Source of the DNA: an uncultured Candidatus Saccharibacteria bacterium
GTDB taxonomy: Bacteria > Patescibacteriota > Dojkabacteria > SC72
NCBI GenBank assembly: GCA_964618765.1
Contig: CAZUDZ010000002.1
Coordinates: 3,166 to 64,128, forward strand
DNA length: 60,963 bases
Reading direction: 5' to 3'
In this document: piece after piece, positions 1 through 8,895 of the stretch
Layout of the letters: every line of letters begins with the position of its first letter
How positions within the stretch are numbered: position 1 is the first letter of the stretch
Notes under the pieces: model-generated
Database searches by the model: none
Told to the model about the DNA's origin: nothing
What the model saw: only the letters and a program-made list of their open reading frames with translations
Position numbers and translations under genes: made by a program

Positions 1-1525
1 CACGAACTTCATCGTTACCATCTTTGTCTTTCCCATCTACCGTCAGTTTAAGTGGGTTGTTTACTTCTGTTCCTGTGTAGGTTGTACTAACACACTGCCT
101 AGAGGATGTACTATCACTTGTTGTGTTTGTTACTACTGGACATACTGTTGGAGTTGGATTTATGGGATCTGGGTCTACTGGTCTAGGAATATTATTTACT
201 TTGTAGTATCTTGATATTGCTCCTGAATATATATTGGTACTGTCACATGTATTTACATTGTAATATTTACTATCTATTTTTCCCTCGGCTCCCTGTTTAA
301 GAACATCTAAGAGAGGAAGGTTTGTAGGAGAAAAATCTCTCAGATTACTGGTCCCTTCGTCACAAAAATCCTCAGCTCTTGTACAACCAAATGGAGACCA
401 TTGCCCACTTAGACCATAGTTGTTAGCCTCTACTCTGTATCCAGAGCTACTTGCTGTAGATGGTGTACTTCTAGTATTTAATACAGAGACCTTTGTGTTT
501 GTAGTAGTTGCAACTCCTGAAGGATATTTCACTACGGTAGGAGCAGATGCAGAGGAAGAGAGGGTGTATGTTTGACCGTCTATTATCATTCCAATATTGT
601 TAGGAGTACTAGGTGGTGCTACATTCGTTTCCATACAGTAGTAACCTGTTCTTGTTCCTGAGTATTGATTAGTATTGTTAGGACAAATTTTTTGGTAATG
701 CCTTGCAGAGAATCTTCCTGTACCAGAAAAGGGAAGACTTCCTGATGATGGTTGTACCTGAACATCTCCTTCGTAATTTAGTATTGAAGTACCTCCTGAG
801 ATTGCATTGTAGGCTTGGTATGAGTAGCTTACTGGTGAGGAATTAGAAAAAACTTTAACAGTACCACCACTTCTATAGTCTACTATGGTTGGGGTTCCGG
901 GGTTTGTAGAAAGATCGTAATCTGTTGACCCTACTCTGAGATATGTATTCGTAGGAGTTGCAAGAACAGTTGGAACGGTACACTTATAGCAAGCCCCTCC
1001 TGTTTTCGTCCCACAGTTTTTACCACAGTTGTCATATTTGGTACAACTTGAGGTACCATCGGTTGCACACCCAAGACCTGTACAGGAAGAAAGTCTAGAG
1101 CCACAACTAGGAGTACAGCTATAACAAGTTGTAAAAGTACAACCGCTACCAGTAGAAATACAACAACCTTGAAATTTCGCATTACTTTCAGGACAACCTG
1201 GTATGGTATAATATTTCATACCTCCTCTACATGCTGTATCATCACTATTACAGGAAAATCGTTTACTACCAGTTTCACAAATACTGAATCCTTGCTGAGT
1301 TACACCCCATGTCCAAATCTTACTATCTCCTACTGTCCCACCCGCACCACAGTAAGGAGTAGCAGGTAATTTAGTACAATCATAAGGCTGCTTAATTTCT
1401 AGTGCAAATACAGACGAGATATTAAAATTAAGTTTTAATATCACAAAAATTATTATTAACAACAAAAAGGAGAAACCTCTAAATAAATTTGATTTCCTGT
1501 TTAGAACTTGATTCCTATTTCTCAC
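1..1525 (-). CDS. Large Cys-rich secreted/surface protein, partial (runs off left edge)
   Basis: Not in the ORF track because it is truncated. Read by hand from GTG at 1525: RNRNQVLNRKSNLFRGFSFLLLIIIFVILKLNFNISSVFA (signal-like), then many Cys (YDCTKLPATPYCG, GCCISTGSGCTFTTCYSCTPSCG, CTKYDNCGKNCG) and Thr/Ser/Pro-rich segments. No stop in 508 codons. Confidence 0.8.
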   Translation of the reverse strand, partial: MRNRNQVLNRKSNLFRGFSFLLLIIIFVILKLNFNISSVFALEIKQPYDCTKLPATPYCGAGGTVGDSKIWTWGVTQQGFSICETGSKRFSCNSDDTACRGGMKYYTIPGCPESNAKFQGCCISTGSGCTFTTCYSCTPSCGSRLSSCTGLGCATDGTSSCTKYDNCGKNCGTKTGGACYKCTVPTVLATPTNTYLRVGSTDYDLSTNPGTPTIVDYRSGGTVKVFSNSSPVSYSYQAYNAISGGTSILNYEGDVQVQPSSGSLPFSGTGRFSARHYQKICPNNTNQYSGTRTGYYCMETNVAPPSTPNNIGMIIDGQTYTLSSSASAPTVVKYPSGVATTTNTKVSVLNTRSTPSTASSSGYRVEANNYGLSGQWSPFGCTRAEDFCDEGTSNLRDFSPTNLPLLDVLKQGAEGKIDSKYYNVNTCDSTNIYSGAISRYYKVNNIPRPVDPDPINPTPTVCPVVTNTTSDSTSSRQCVSTTYTGTEVNNPLKLTVDGKDKDGNDEVR

Positions 1526-2378
1526 TTAATGTATAAATAAAAAACTTATCTTCAACCCCATCCTTTATTGCCTGAAATTGCTCTAGTACAAAATCTTCTG
1601 AGAAAAAACCCTTCCCATCTATAGCTAAATACAGCTTGTACTCTTCTCCTAATTTGCGGTCTTTTACTAATTCCGGATTTACAATAAAACTTAACATGAG
1701 TTTTTCCCCATTGACAAAAGCTTCTAAATCTAGAACCTTATCCTTCCCAGATTCTTTTAAATCTATTATCTTAACACTATTAATAACTAGAAGATTCCCT
1801 TGCGGGACATATTCTTCATTAGCCCATGTAGTTATGTAATATCCCTTCCTTCTAATATCTAAGACCTCTTTTCTCCATATAAATATATGCTGCGTATATG
1901 GAAGATTCACAATATCAAGAAGTTCATCCGCCTCTTCCTCTTCCATTACTTCCATCTCTATTTTCTCTACCTTCGGAGAGGACAAAACACTTTTTACTAA
2001 AGTAACATTCATAACAACAGGAACATACGATGAATAATCGTCATAGGGATTCTCCCAGTGTATTTTCCCTGGTTTTTCACAGATTATAAGTTCTCTGTTA
2101 GTAGAATCCTCTATGGGTAAGAACAAAGATAGGCATCGCTTCCCATTCTCATCTTCAAAATCTCCACCTAGAAAGAGTTTGCATGTTTTAACCGACTTGA
2201 GGAAGCTACTACCCTCTTCGTCACAATAAGAAAAGAGTTTTTTGTATTCATCACTCATTCTCCCTTCTTCTCTCTTCTGAGAGAATACTATTACACCTCC
2301 TAAAACTCCTAAAAGAATAATGGATAATACAAGTATTAAAATAAATCTTTTCTTGGAAACTTTTATTTTCATTAACAA
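1515..2378 (-). CDS. Membrane-anchored hypothetical protein
   Basis: 287-aa ORF with a basic N-terminus, one hydrophobic helix (FILILVLSIILLGVLGGVIVF) and a few Cys. It overlaps the start of the downstream Cys-rich gene. Confidence 0.75.
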   Translation of the reverse strand: MLMKIKVSKKRFILILVLSIILLGVLGGVIVFSQKREEGRMSDEYKKLFSYCDEEGSSFLKSVKTCKLFLGGDFEDENGKRCLSLFLPIEDSTNRELIICEKPGKIHWENPYDDYSSYVPVVMNVTLVKSVLSSPKVEKIEMEVMEEEEADELLDIVNLPYTQHIFIWRKEVLDIRRKGYYITTWANEEYVPQGNLLVINSVKIIDLKESGKDKVLDLEAFVNGEKLMLSFIVNPELVKDRKLGEEYKLYLAIDGKGFFSEDFVLEQFQAIKDGVEDKFFIYTLSEK

Positions 2379-2598
2379 TCTAATCCTTTTTTAAATTAGT
2401 ACCCATTTAAATGTAAAGGATTATGGGCAGCAATTCTCTTCTTCATTATACGCACAACAAACACACTGTTGCAACAACAAGTTTCTAATACAATAAGAAT
2501 AACTTTTGTATTTTAGTGATTCCTTCTAATCTGGAATATTAATCCTATTCTTACTACAATTTGTAAAATAAGAGCCCCTAGTAGGATATTTAAGAAAA

Positions 2599-2868
2599 CT
2601 AATTATCCCTATTTATTCTTCTACTTGCCTCAACAGCATCAAACATAAAGACTTTTAATTCACCATTCTGAGAATTATATGGCTCTATATTTTGGTTCTT
2701 ATACATCTTGATGAATTGCTCAAAATTTTCACCATATTCAGGACCAGTTTTCATATATGAACTAAACTCTGAGAACAGTGGTTCTTGCATACTATTCAGA
2801 CCCATAAAAATAGCAGTGTGCGTAAAAGTATCGTACCCATGAGCCCCTTTTCTTTTTATTCCCTGGAA
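2599..2868 (-). pseudogene. In-frame C-terminal continuation of the VanW-like gene after a TAA
   Basis: The same frame stays open for 89 codons after the TAA at 2869-2871: FQGIKRKGAHGYDTFTHTAIFMGLNSMQEPLF...RDN*. The 68-aa ORF at 2599..2805 lies inside it. Confidence 0.5.
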
Positions 2869-4344
2869 TTACTCATCTCCTTCTCCACTCTGAATTATTA
2901 AATCTGCAGTAAAAACCTGATCCTCTTCCTCTATTCTAAACCCTAGTTTTGCATCTTCTGAAAAAGTTCCATCATCTAACAAGAAAACTATGAATTCACT
3001 ATTCGTAATATTCATAAAATCAGAATATTTTTGACCTAAACTAGAGACCGCTATCATATCTGGGGCCATTCTTGGGTAAGGAGTGTGATTCATATATACA
3101 ATAACAAAAGGGCCTCTTCTTTCTATACTGTGGCCTCTAAAGGATTCCGTTACTCCTATTTGTTCAAAATTCGAAGTTATTGCCCTTTTTATTAAGGTCG
3201 CAATATCACAAGCCCCTGCCCCCTCAATCCCTCCCCTTCTTGGATAGACCCAAAGATCTTCTGAGTTGTCAAAAAAACTTGTAGCCTGCAAATAACGAAA
3301 TATTCCATTACTGTAGGAAGAGGGATTATTATATATATCACGAACAAAGGACTGCAGAGAAGAACCTTCCGGAAAGGAAAGTGGTGCCATATGATTATTT
3401 TCAAAATACTTGTTTATAAGATTCTTTGCCATCTCCATATTATATATTATCCCTGCATCTTCAATACCTTCTACTGGTACATCAAATTTTGCACTGGCAA
3501 TTGTTTCAGAGACATTAATACGAAGTGTTTCCTCGTTGTCAATGGGCTGGACTCTTTCCTCCTCTAATTCTGAGATTGCTTCAGCCTCATTCTCAGAAAT
3601 CCTTTCCCGAGTAGATCCTAAAGACTTTCTAGCCACATAGGATTCTGAATCACCCTGGCTAAAAACCTCTGAAGTTATCTCTCTTGGTGAAATATTTTCA
3701 TACAGGGAGGGATCTACAATACGAATTGGCTGCTGTTCTTGTAACTCCTTATCATAAGGGCCAGATGCTTTAGAAGAGGTGGAAGAGCTACAAATTAACG
3801 CAACAAAAACTAACGCCGTTAATGCTTGTTTATTTAATACTTCTCTTTGGGATTTATGACCTGTAGCCTCTCGTTCCTTTTCTATTTGCCAAAGAGCGTT
3901 GTGCATACTGTCTCTATTAAAAACAGAGTATTTTAATGGGGTTATATATTCATTAGTCTCCTTGAGGAGAGTCTCTACACAGGTATTATCCTTAATACTC
4001 TCTCCATAACTCTCCAAAAGAATAAAGGGAGCCTCTGCCTGGATTCTTTCTTGATAAACAATCTTCTCTAAATATCTTTGATCTATCTCACCGCCATCCC
4101 CTATTAATTCTGAGACTTTATGCCCAACTAAATGAAATGTTAAGGTTTGGGTTAAGGGATCATCCGTTATCTCTTCCACCGTAGACATAACCCTATCTAT
4201 CTTCCCTCCCTTTCTATCCCATTCTCGCCAATTTTCTCCAACTTTGTTCTTAACTGATTCCCAAGGAGAACCAATCTCCCATTCCTTCCCCTCCTCTATA
4301 AGGTTCTGGTCTATAAAATCCTTAAATTCCATATTAACAGCCAT
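2869..4344 (-). CDS. VanW-like domain protein
   Basis: GIEGAGACDIATLIKRAI...HS...NHTPY resembles the VanW motif GGGxCQxxxTLxxA. There is a central hydrophobic segment. The true start is probably ATG 4332, because ATG 4344 overlaps a TATAAT box. Confidence 0.55.
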   Translation of the reverse strand: MAVNMEFKDFIDQNLIEEGKEWEIGSPWESVKNKVGENWREWDRKGGKIDRVMSTVEEITDDPLTQTLTFHLVGHKVSELIGDGGEIDQRYLEKIVYQERIQAEAPFILLESYGESIKDNTCVETLLKETNEYITPLKYSVFNRDSMHNALWQIEKEREATGHKSQREVLNKQALTALVFVALICSSSTSSKASGPYDKELQEQQPIRIVDPSLYENISPREITSEVFSQGDSESYVARKSLGSTRERISENEAEAISELEEERVQPIDNEETLRINVSETIASAKFDVPVEGIEDAGIIYNMEMAKNLINKYFENNHMAPLSFPEGSSLQSFVRDIYNNPSSYSNGIFRYLQATSFFDNSEDLWVYPRRGGIEGAGACDIATLIKRAITSNFEQIGVTESFRGHSIERRGPFVIVYMNHTPYPRMAPDMIAVSSLGQKYSDFMNITNSEFIVFLLDDGTFSEDAKLGFRIEEEDQVFTADLIIQSGEGDE

Positions 4345-4384
4345 TATACCACAGCCAGTAAGTTACCTTATCCAGTGACTAATC

Positions 4385-6025
4385 CTACACTTTTTTGCCA
4401 CTACTTTTTTTATTAAAGGGATTTCTGCGACCATTAGAAGATGCAATTAAATACTCAGTTATTAAATCGATTGTCTTGTCATAATAGGCTACCAGTTCCC
4501 TATACGATGCCTCCTTTGCCGAAGAAGAGGTTCCCACTATTCCTACATACAAAAGTCTCTTATTCTTGCCATCTCCAACCTGGACAAAGCCAATATTCTG
4601 TGCTGTTGTTATCTCTTCTAAGATAACTCCTCTTTTATCCCACTGGACCGCTTCTGGAAATGATTCCCTTATTCTACCTATAAAAAAGTCGTCATTTGGA
4701 GTATAGGTTGCTAATTTCTTCATAAGATAAATACCTGCCTCTTTCGAAAGAAGATCTCCTGTAAATAAATCCCGCCACATTTTAAACATATCTCTTTGAG
4801 ATGTCCTTCTTGGTTCGTAAGTTGTATCTTCCAATCCATGGGAACGAAGTATCTCTGAAATATTCCGAATGGTTTTACAATAACCAGCTATAGCTTCAGC
4901 AGCTACTTCCTCCGAATGAACAACCATTGAATCAAATAACTTCCCTAAATCCCTCCAATCCCCTTTAACATGCACAGAAGAAAGAAAGTTCTCTAAACCT
5001 TGTTTTGCAATTTCTTCTGAATATTTTTCTGTTATTACAGACAAGGTAGCTACTGCTACTGCTACTTTGATTGTTGACGCTGGGTGATAGATAGCATTCT
5101 TTCTCCATTCAAAAAGCTCTCCCTTACCCATTTCGTAAACTTCTATATTCCATTCCCCCTTCTTTTGCTCCCTCATCATGTTCAGAAATTTATCTCTATA
5201 TTCGATTGCTATCGGGTCAGAAGCTTGAGCTTCAGCTTCTCTATCTCTTCTCCAAAGGTAAAAACCCGCTCTTCCTGTCGTTTTTTTCTCTGGTCCCACA
5301 CCCTTTGCCCAATTTCTCATATAACCATTTTTTGTCCTTGGATCCCAAAGCATAACTTCATCTATAATCATACCTTCGGAACCCTCTTCGTGGATATTTG
5401 ATACACTGTATATCTTCCCTTCTTTGTCTTTTCTAGAAATTGTTAGGTAATGTGTAAAAGAACCTCCATCCAAATAAAGAAAATCTCCAGGTTGTAAACT
5501 TTTGATTTCAGGGAGATTATCAAAATTTAAAGCCCCTATACTTCCTTCTATATGGTACATCGTATACTCTTCTGAGGGAAAGGCTCTATTGTAACGAGAC
5601 ATGTCAGTTAGAGGAGATCCCAACCACATCTCCGAAGGAATTATCCCCTCTACCCTTCTAGATCCAACATTTTCACCTACCATCTTGGTGATTGATCCAT
5701 CTCTGTTCAATTTCCAACCCATAAGGATTGATATTGCAAGAGGACCGCAGATACTTCGAGGAGAAGCATCCTCTCTTAAAAGAATCTTATTTGAGACTTC
5801 ATGTGCTCTCTTTTGGTCCAAAGCAATATATGATTTAGCAACCTCATCATAACCAATGTCTTCTGCTTCTGGATTTTCCACTAAATTATTCCTTAAAGAT
5901 TCTATCTTAGGAAATATTGTCGCAGCGAGAACAGTTTTTGTTGCTAATTCTAGAAATTCTCGACGACTGATTCGGTTATCTGCTTCAGGAACAAAATCAT
6001 CTTTTTTAGAAAATTCTTTTTCCAT
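4385..6025 (-). CDS. Twin-arginine-type leader + Cys/His amidase-like domain + serine beta-lactamase/PBP-like domain
   Basis: ISRREFLELA leader; SICGPLA and LQPGDFLYLDGGSFTHY (CHAP/NlpC-like); PASTIK (SxxK), HSEE at the SxN position and WDKRG at the KTG position. Confidence 0.7.
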   Translation of the reverse strand: MEKEFSKKDDFVPEADNRISRREFLELATKTVLAATIFPKIESLRNNLVENPEAEDIGYDEVAKSYIALDQKRAHEVSNKILLREDASPRSICGPLAISILMGWKLNRDGSITKMVGENVGSRRVEGIIPSEMWLGSPLTDMSRYNRAFPSEEYTMYHIEGSIGALNFDNLPEIKSLQPGDFLYLDGGSFTHYLTISRKDKEGKIYSVSNIHEEGSEGMIIDEVMLWDPRTKNGYMRNWAKGVGPEKKTTGRAGFYLWRRDREAEAQASDPIAIEYRDKFLNMMREQKKGEWNIEVYEMGKGELFEWRKNAIYHPASTIKVAVAVATLSVITEKYSEEIAKQGLENFLSSVHVKGDWRDLGKLFDSMVVHSEEVAAEAIAGYCKTIRNISEILRSHGLEDTTYEPRRTSQRDMFKMWRDLFTGDLLSKEAGIYLMKKLATYTPNDDFFIGRIRESFPEAVQWDKRGVILEEITTAQNIGFVQVGDGKNKRLLYVGIVGTSSSAKEASYRELVAYYDKTIDLITEYLIASSNGRRNPFNKKSSGKKV

Positions 6026-6210
6026 TGTATTCTTAATATAGGGTAGCAGTTAATTAAAATGAAGTTATATTTTCGTTGAGATAGGATTATACTAGTGAAA
6101 AAGGCTTTTTTCAAGAATAGATTATCCTCTCTTTTTATACATCAACCCCCTTTACCTCAAAGTCATCCCAATGGTACCTTTGTCTCTCCCCCATTTCACT
6201 ACCCTAGAAT

Positions 6211-6417
6211 CTACCCAAACCTCTTTCCAAACAAAGAATCTTTAACAATTCTTTCTAATCCCTTTCTCTCTTCCCCACTCTCTAACCAAATATGTGGAGA
6301 AGTATTAAATCTTTTTCTTAAAAAGTTTTTTACATCATTCATTGTAACTTTCTTTGCACCCTTAACATACATATTATTATTAAAAAGCTCCTCTCTTTCT
6401 AAATATGTAGACGACAC
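6211..6417 (-). pseudogene. Possible degraded short ORF downstream of the ligase
   Basis: 68-aa GTG ORF. Its upstream frame is open a short way without a start, and it sits beside a degenerate copy of the ligase 3' end. Confidence 0.25.
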
Positions 6418-6544
6418 ATCCTCTGTTAATTTAAGATCGTAGGGAACTGTTCTGGGATATATAAAAGGACTAAGAATATCTAAAAACCAATCTTTTCCCT
6501 CTTTAGAATCAAGAAACTTAAAAATTTAAAAAATGAAAATTAAA

Positions 6545-8359
6545 CTATCCCCCATACATCTCCCCCAACTCCTTAATAGTCGTAGCCTCCGTTATACCCT
6601 TGTCTCTCCCCCATTCTACTAATCTAGGAAACCTTAAAGAAAATCCGTCACTACCTTTCTTTTTCGTAATCTCATCAGCCTCTACTGTAAACACTACCCT
6701 TGGTTCCACCCATACATCTGGAATTAACCAATCATCTGCTTTTACATTCTTAGGCTTCTCCTCCACAATGTCTCCCTTAAGAGAGGTATATATGGTTTTT
6801 AATTGCTCATCTGTAAATCCTGTACCTACATTACATACGGTCTCAAACAAATCTTCTTTTTCATTGTACGATGCCCCTAGAATCGAACCTACACCTAACT
6901 CACTTCTTCTACCAGAACCGAAGTTGTAGCCCACTACAACTAAATCCATGGTATCTACAAGGCCTTTTAACATAGACTTCTTAAGTTTTATCCATTCGTA
7001 ATTCCTAACCCCTGGTAGATATTCACCCTTAATTTGCTTAACTATGATGCCCTCTAGACCTAATTTTACTGCCCTGTCAAAGATTTCTCTTAACTCTTTT
7101 AAGTTTTTAACCTTCTTTGTCTCCTCAGTCTCTATACCCCCGTCGGTATTCATTTTCTCCAGTATCTCAAGCCTTTCATCAAGATCTTCTCCGAGCAAAA
7201 CATTACCATTTAAATACAGAAGATCAAATACCATAGCTTTTACAGGAACACTTCCTTGCATTTTCTTAACATTGTATTTCCTTCTCCTTTGCATTGTTTC
7301 TTGGAATGTTAAGAATTCTTCCTTCTCTGTATTCCAACCCAGCACTTCTGAATCCATTATGAATGACTCCTCTTTTACCTTTCTTGCCTGTTCTACTATC
7401 TCTGGAAACATCTCTGTTACGTCTTCTAAATTCCTCGTAAAAAGCCTTACTACATACTCTTCTTGTGGTGGATTTTCAAAGAGAGTGTTTTCATCACTCT
7501 CTTTAATATATTCCTGCCATATTGAATCTTTAGATTGAAAATCTTTCCTTCTAAATTTGTGTATCTGGCATCTAAGACCATCATACTTACTCTGTACAAA
7601 AACCGTATCTCCTAATCTCTCAAAAACCTCTTCGAAGGAAGATACTCTTTCTACTAATCGTGGGAGGATAGGTGTCCCTGGTTGTACTTTGACACTGTGT
7701 AGCTTCTCCATAACCTTTTCCTTTGGAGTATCTACAATTAAAGAACATATATATCCCATATCCGTATATGCTCCATATGCCCTCTCCATCTCCTCTTTCA
7801 TGCCTTTGTCACCCTGTACAACAAAAGAAAAAACATCTAGAAGAGTCTTACTGCTTAACCCAAACCTTAGGGAACCACACACTATTCTAGAAAAATACTT
7901 TGCTTCTAAAGGAGAAAGTTGTTTTAATGTTTCTGTAATTATCCTGTTTTTTACCTCTATTGATCCTGTTCCCTTCGCGTTAACTATCTGCCAAAGAATT
8001 TTATATATCTGTACTAAAGAGAGCTTCCCTGTCTTCTGCCCAAGTTCCCTTGAGTAGTATTCTAGCGTATCCCCGATATCTCCTAATTCTTCTCTCTTCT
8101 CCTTGGAATCAACTTCTAAACTTTTACTTTTTAAAAGCTTATTCAGAAGAGAGAGAAAACTTTTTTCAGAGTAATTAAATTCACTCCTTACAAAAGAAGG
8201 AGCTACACGACCAACAACGAGGTAGGAGAGAATTTGGGCTTCTTTAAGTTTTAGATCTTTGAAGAAATCTGCAAGAATTTGGGTCATTTCATTCCGAGAA
8301 GAAGTACCCTCTAAGGTATTAAAAACATTGGAAACCTGATCAAATGTCACCTTACTCAT
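6545..8359 (-). CDS. lig: ATP-dependent DNA ligase (archaeal/eukaryote-like architecture)
   Basis: N-terminal DNA-binding domain, motif I QSKYDGLRCQIH, IMDSEV, VFDLLY, EGIIVK, WIKLK, DLVVVG and the C-terminal OB-fold motif LRFPR. Confidence 0.95.
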   Translation of the reverse strand: MSKVTFDQVSNVFNTLEGTSSRNEMTQILADFFKDLKLKEAQILSYLVVGRVAPSFVRSEFNYSEKSFLSLLNKLLKSKSLEVDSKEKREELGDIGDTLEYYSRELGQKTGKLSLVQIYKILWQIVNAKGTGSIEVKNRIITETLKQLSPLEAKYFSRIVCGSLRFGLSSKTLLDVFSFVVQGDKGMKEEMERAYGAYTDMGYICSLIVDTPKEKVMEKLHSVKVQPGTPILPRLVERVSSFEEVFERLGDTVFVQSKYDGLRCQIHKFRRKDFQSKDSIWQEYIKESDENTLFENPPQEEYVVRLFTRNLEDVTEMFPEIVEQARKVKEESFIMDSEVLGWNTEKEEFLTFQETMQRRRKYNVKKMQGSVPVKAMVFDLLYLNGNVLLGEDLDERLEILEKMNTDGGIETEETKKVKNLKELREIFDRAVKLGLEGIIVKQIKGEYLPGVRNYEWIKLKKSMLKGLVDTMDLVVVGYNFGSGRRSELGVGSILGASYNEKEDLFETVCNVGTGFTDEQLKTIYTSLKGDIVEEKPKNVKADDWLIPDVWVEPRVVFTVEADEITKKKGSDGFSLRFPRLVEWGRDKGITEATTIKELGEMYGG

Positions 8360-8360
8360 A

Positions 8361-8777
8361 TTATTTCCCAGTAAATATATATTGCGTCGATTTTGTTGTC
8401 CCTTTCTGTGATACCAGACCTAACCCAACAAGCCTGTCCATATCTCTTCTAATTGTCCTAGTAGATACATCGGGAGCAAGAGAGTATATCTCAGCAGGAT
8501 CCATACTCCCCTCTTGTACAAGTCTCTCTAATATTTTTCTTTGTCTTAAGTTGAGATCTTCAAGAGGTAACTCTTTTTCTTCTGGTTTCTCTGTTATTTC
8601 TGTTTGAGGGGAATTTTTTACCCTATTCCTCTCCGATTTATACTTCTTTCCTAGTTGTTCACTTTTCTTACCCTCCCCCCGTTTCAAAAACATGATCAGA
8701 AAGAAGCCTCCTACCAAACCAAGAAGAGTTATAAAATTGAACAGAAGAGAATTGTTTTCCTTAGAGTCTGAATTCAT
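8361..8777 (-). CDS. Membrane-tethered DeoR-type winged-HTH protein
   Basis: N-terminal TM helix, then LNLRQRKILERL...VSTRTIRRDMDRLVGLGLV. Confidence 0.75.
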   Translation of the reverse strand: MNSDSKENNSLLFNFITLLGLVGGFFLIMFLKRGEGKKSEQLGKKYKSERNRVKNSPQTEITEKPEEKELPLEDLNLRQRKILERLVQEGSMDPAEIYSLAPDVSTRTIRRDMDRLVGLGLVSQKGTTKSTQYIFTGK

Positions 8778-8895
8778 AACATATTATATATCTATTTACC
8801 TCTTTTGTTAAACAGAGGAGATGAGAGAGTGTTAAAAACACCTAGAAAGACTTACTGGATACCACAGGAACGCCATTTCGGACTAAATACAGAGT

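Noticed and set aside
4385-6025. Class A beta-lactamase resistance gene
   Set aside because: SDN and KTG are altered and no omega-loop Glu context was recognised. A PBP-like hydrolase is more likely.
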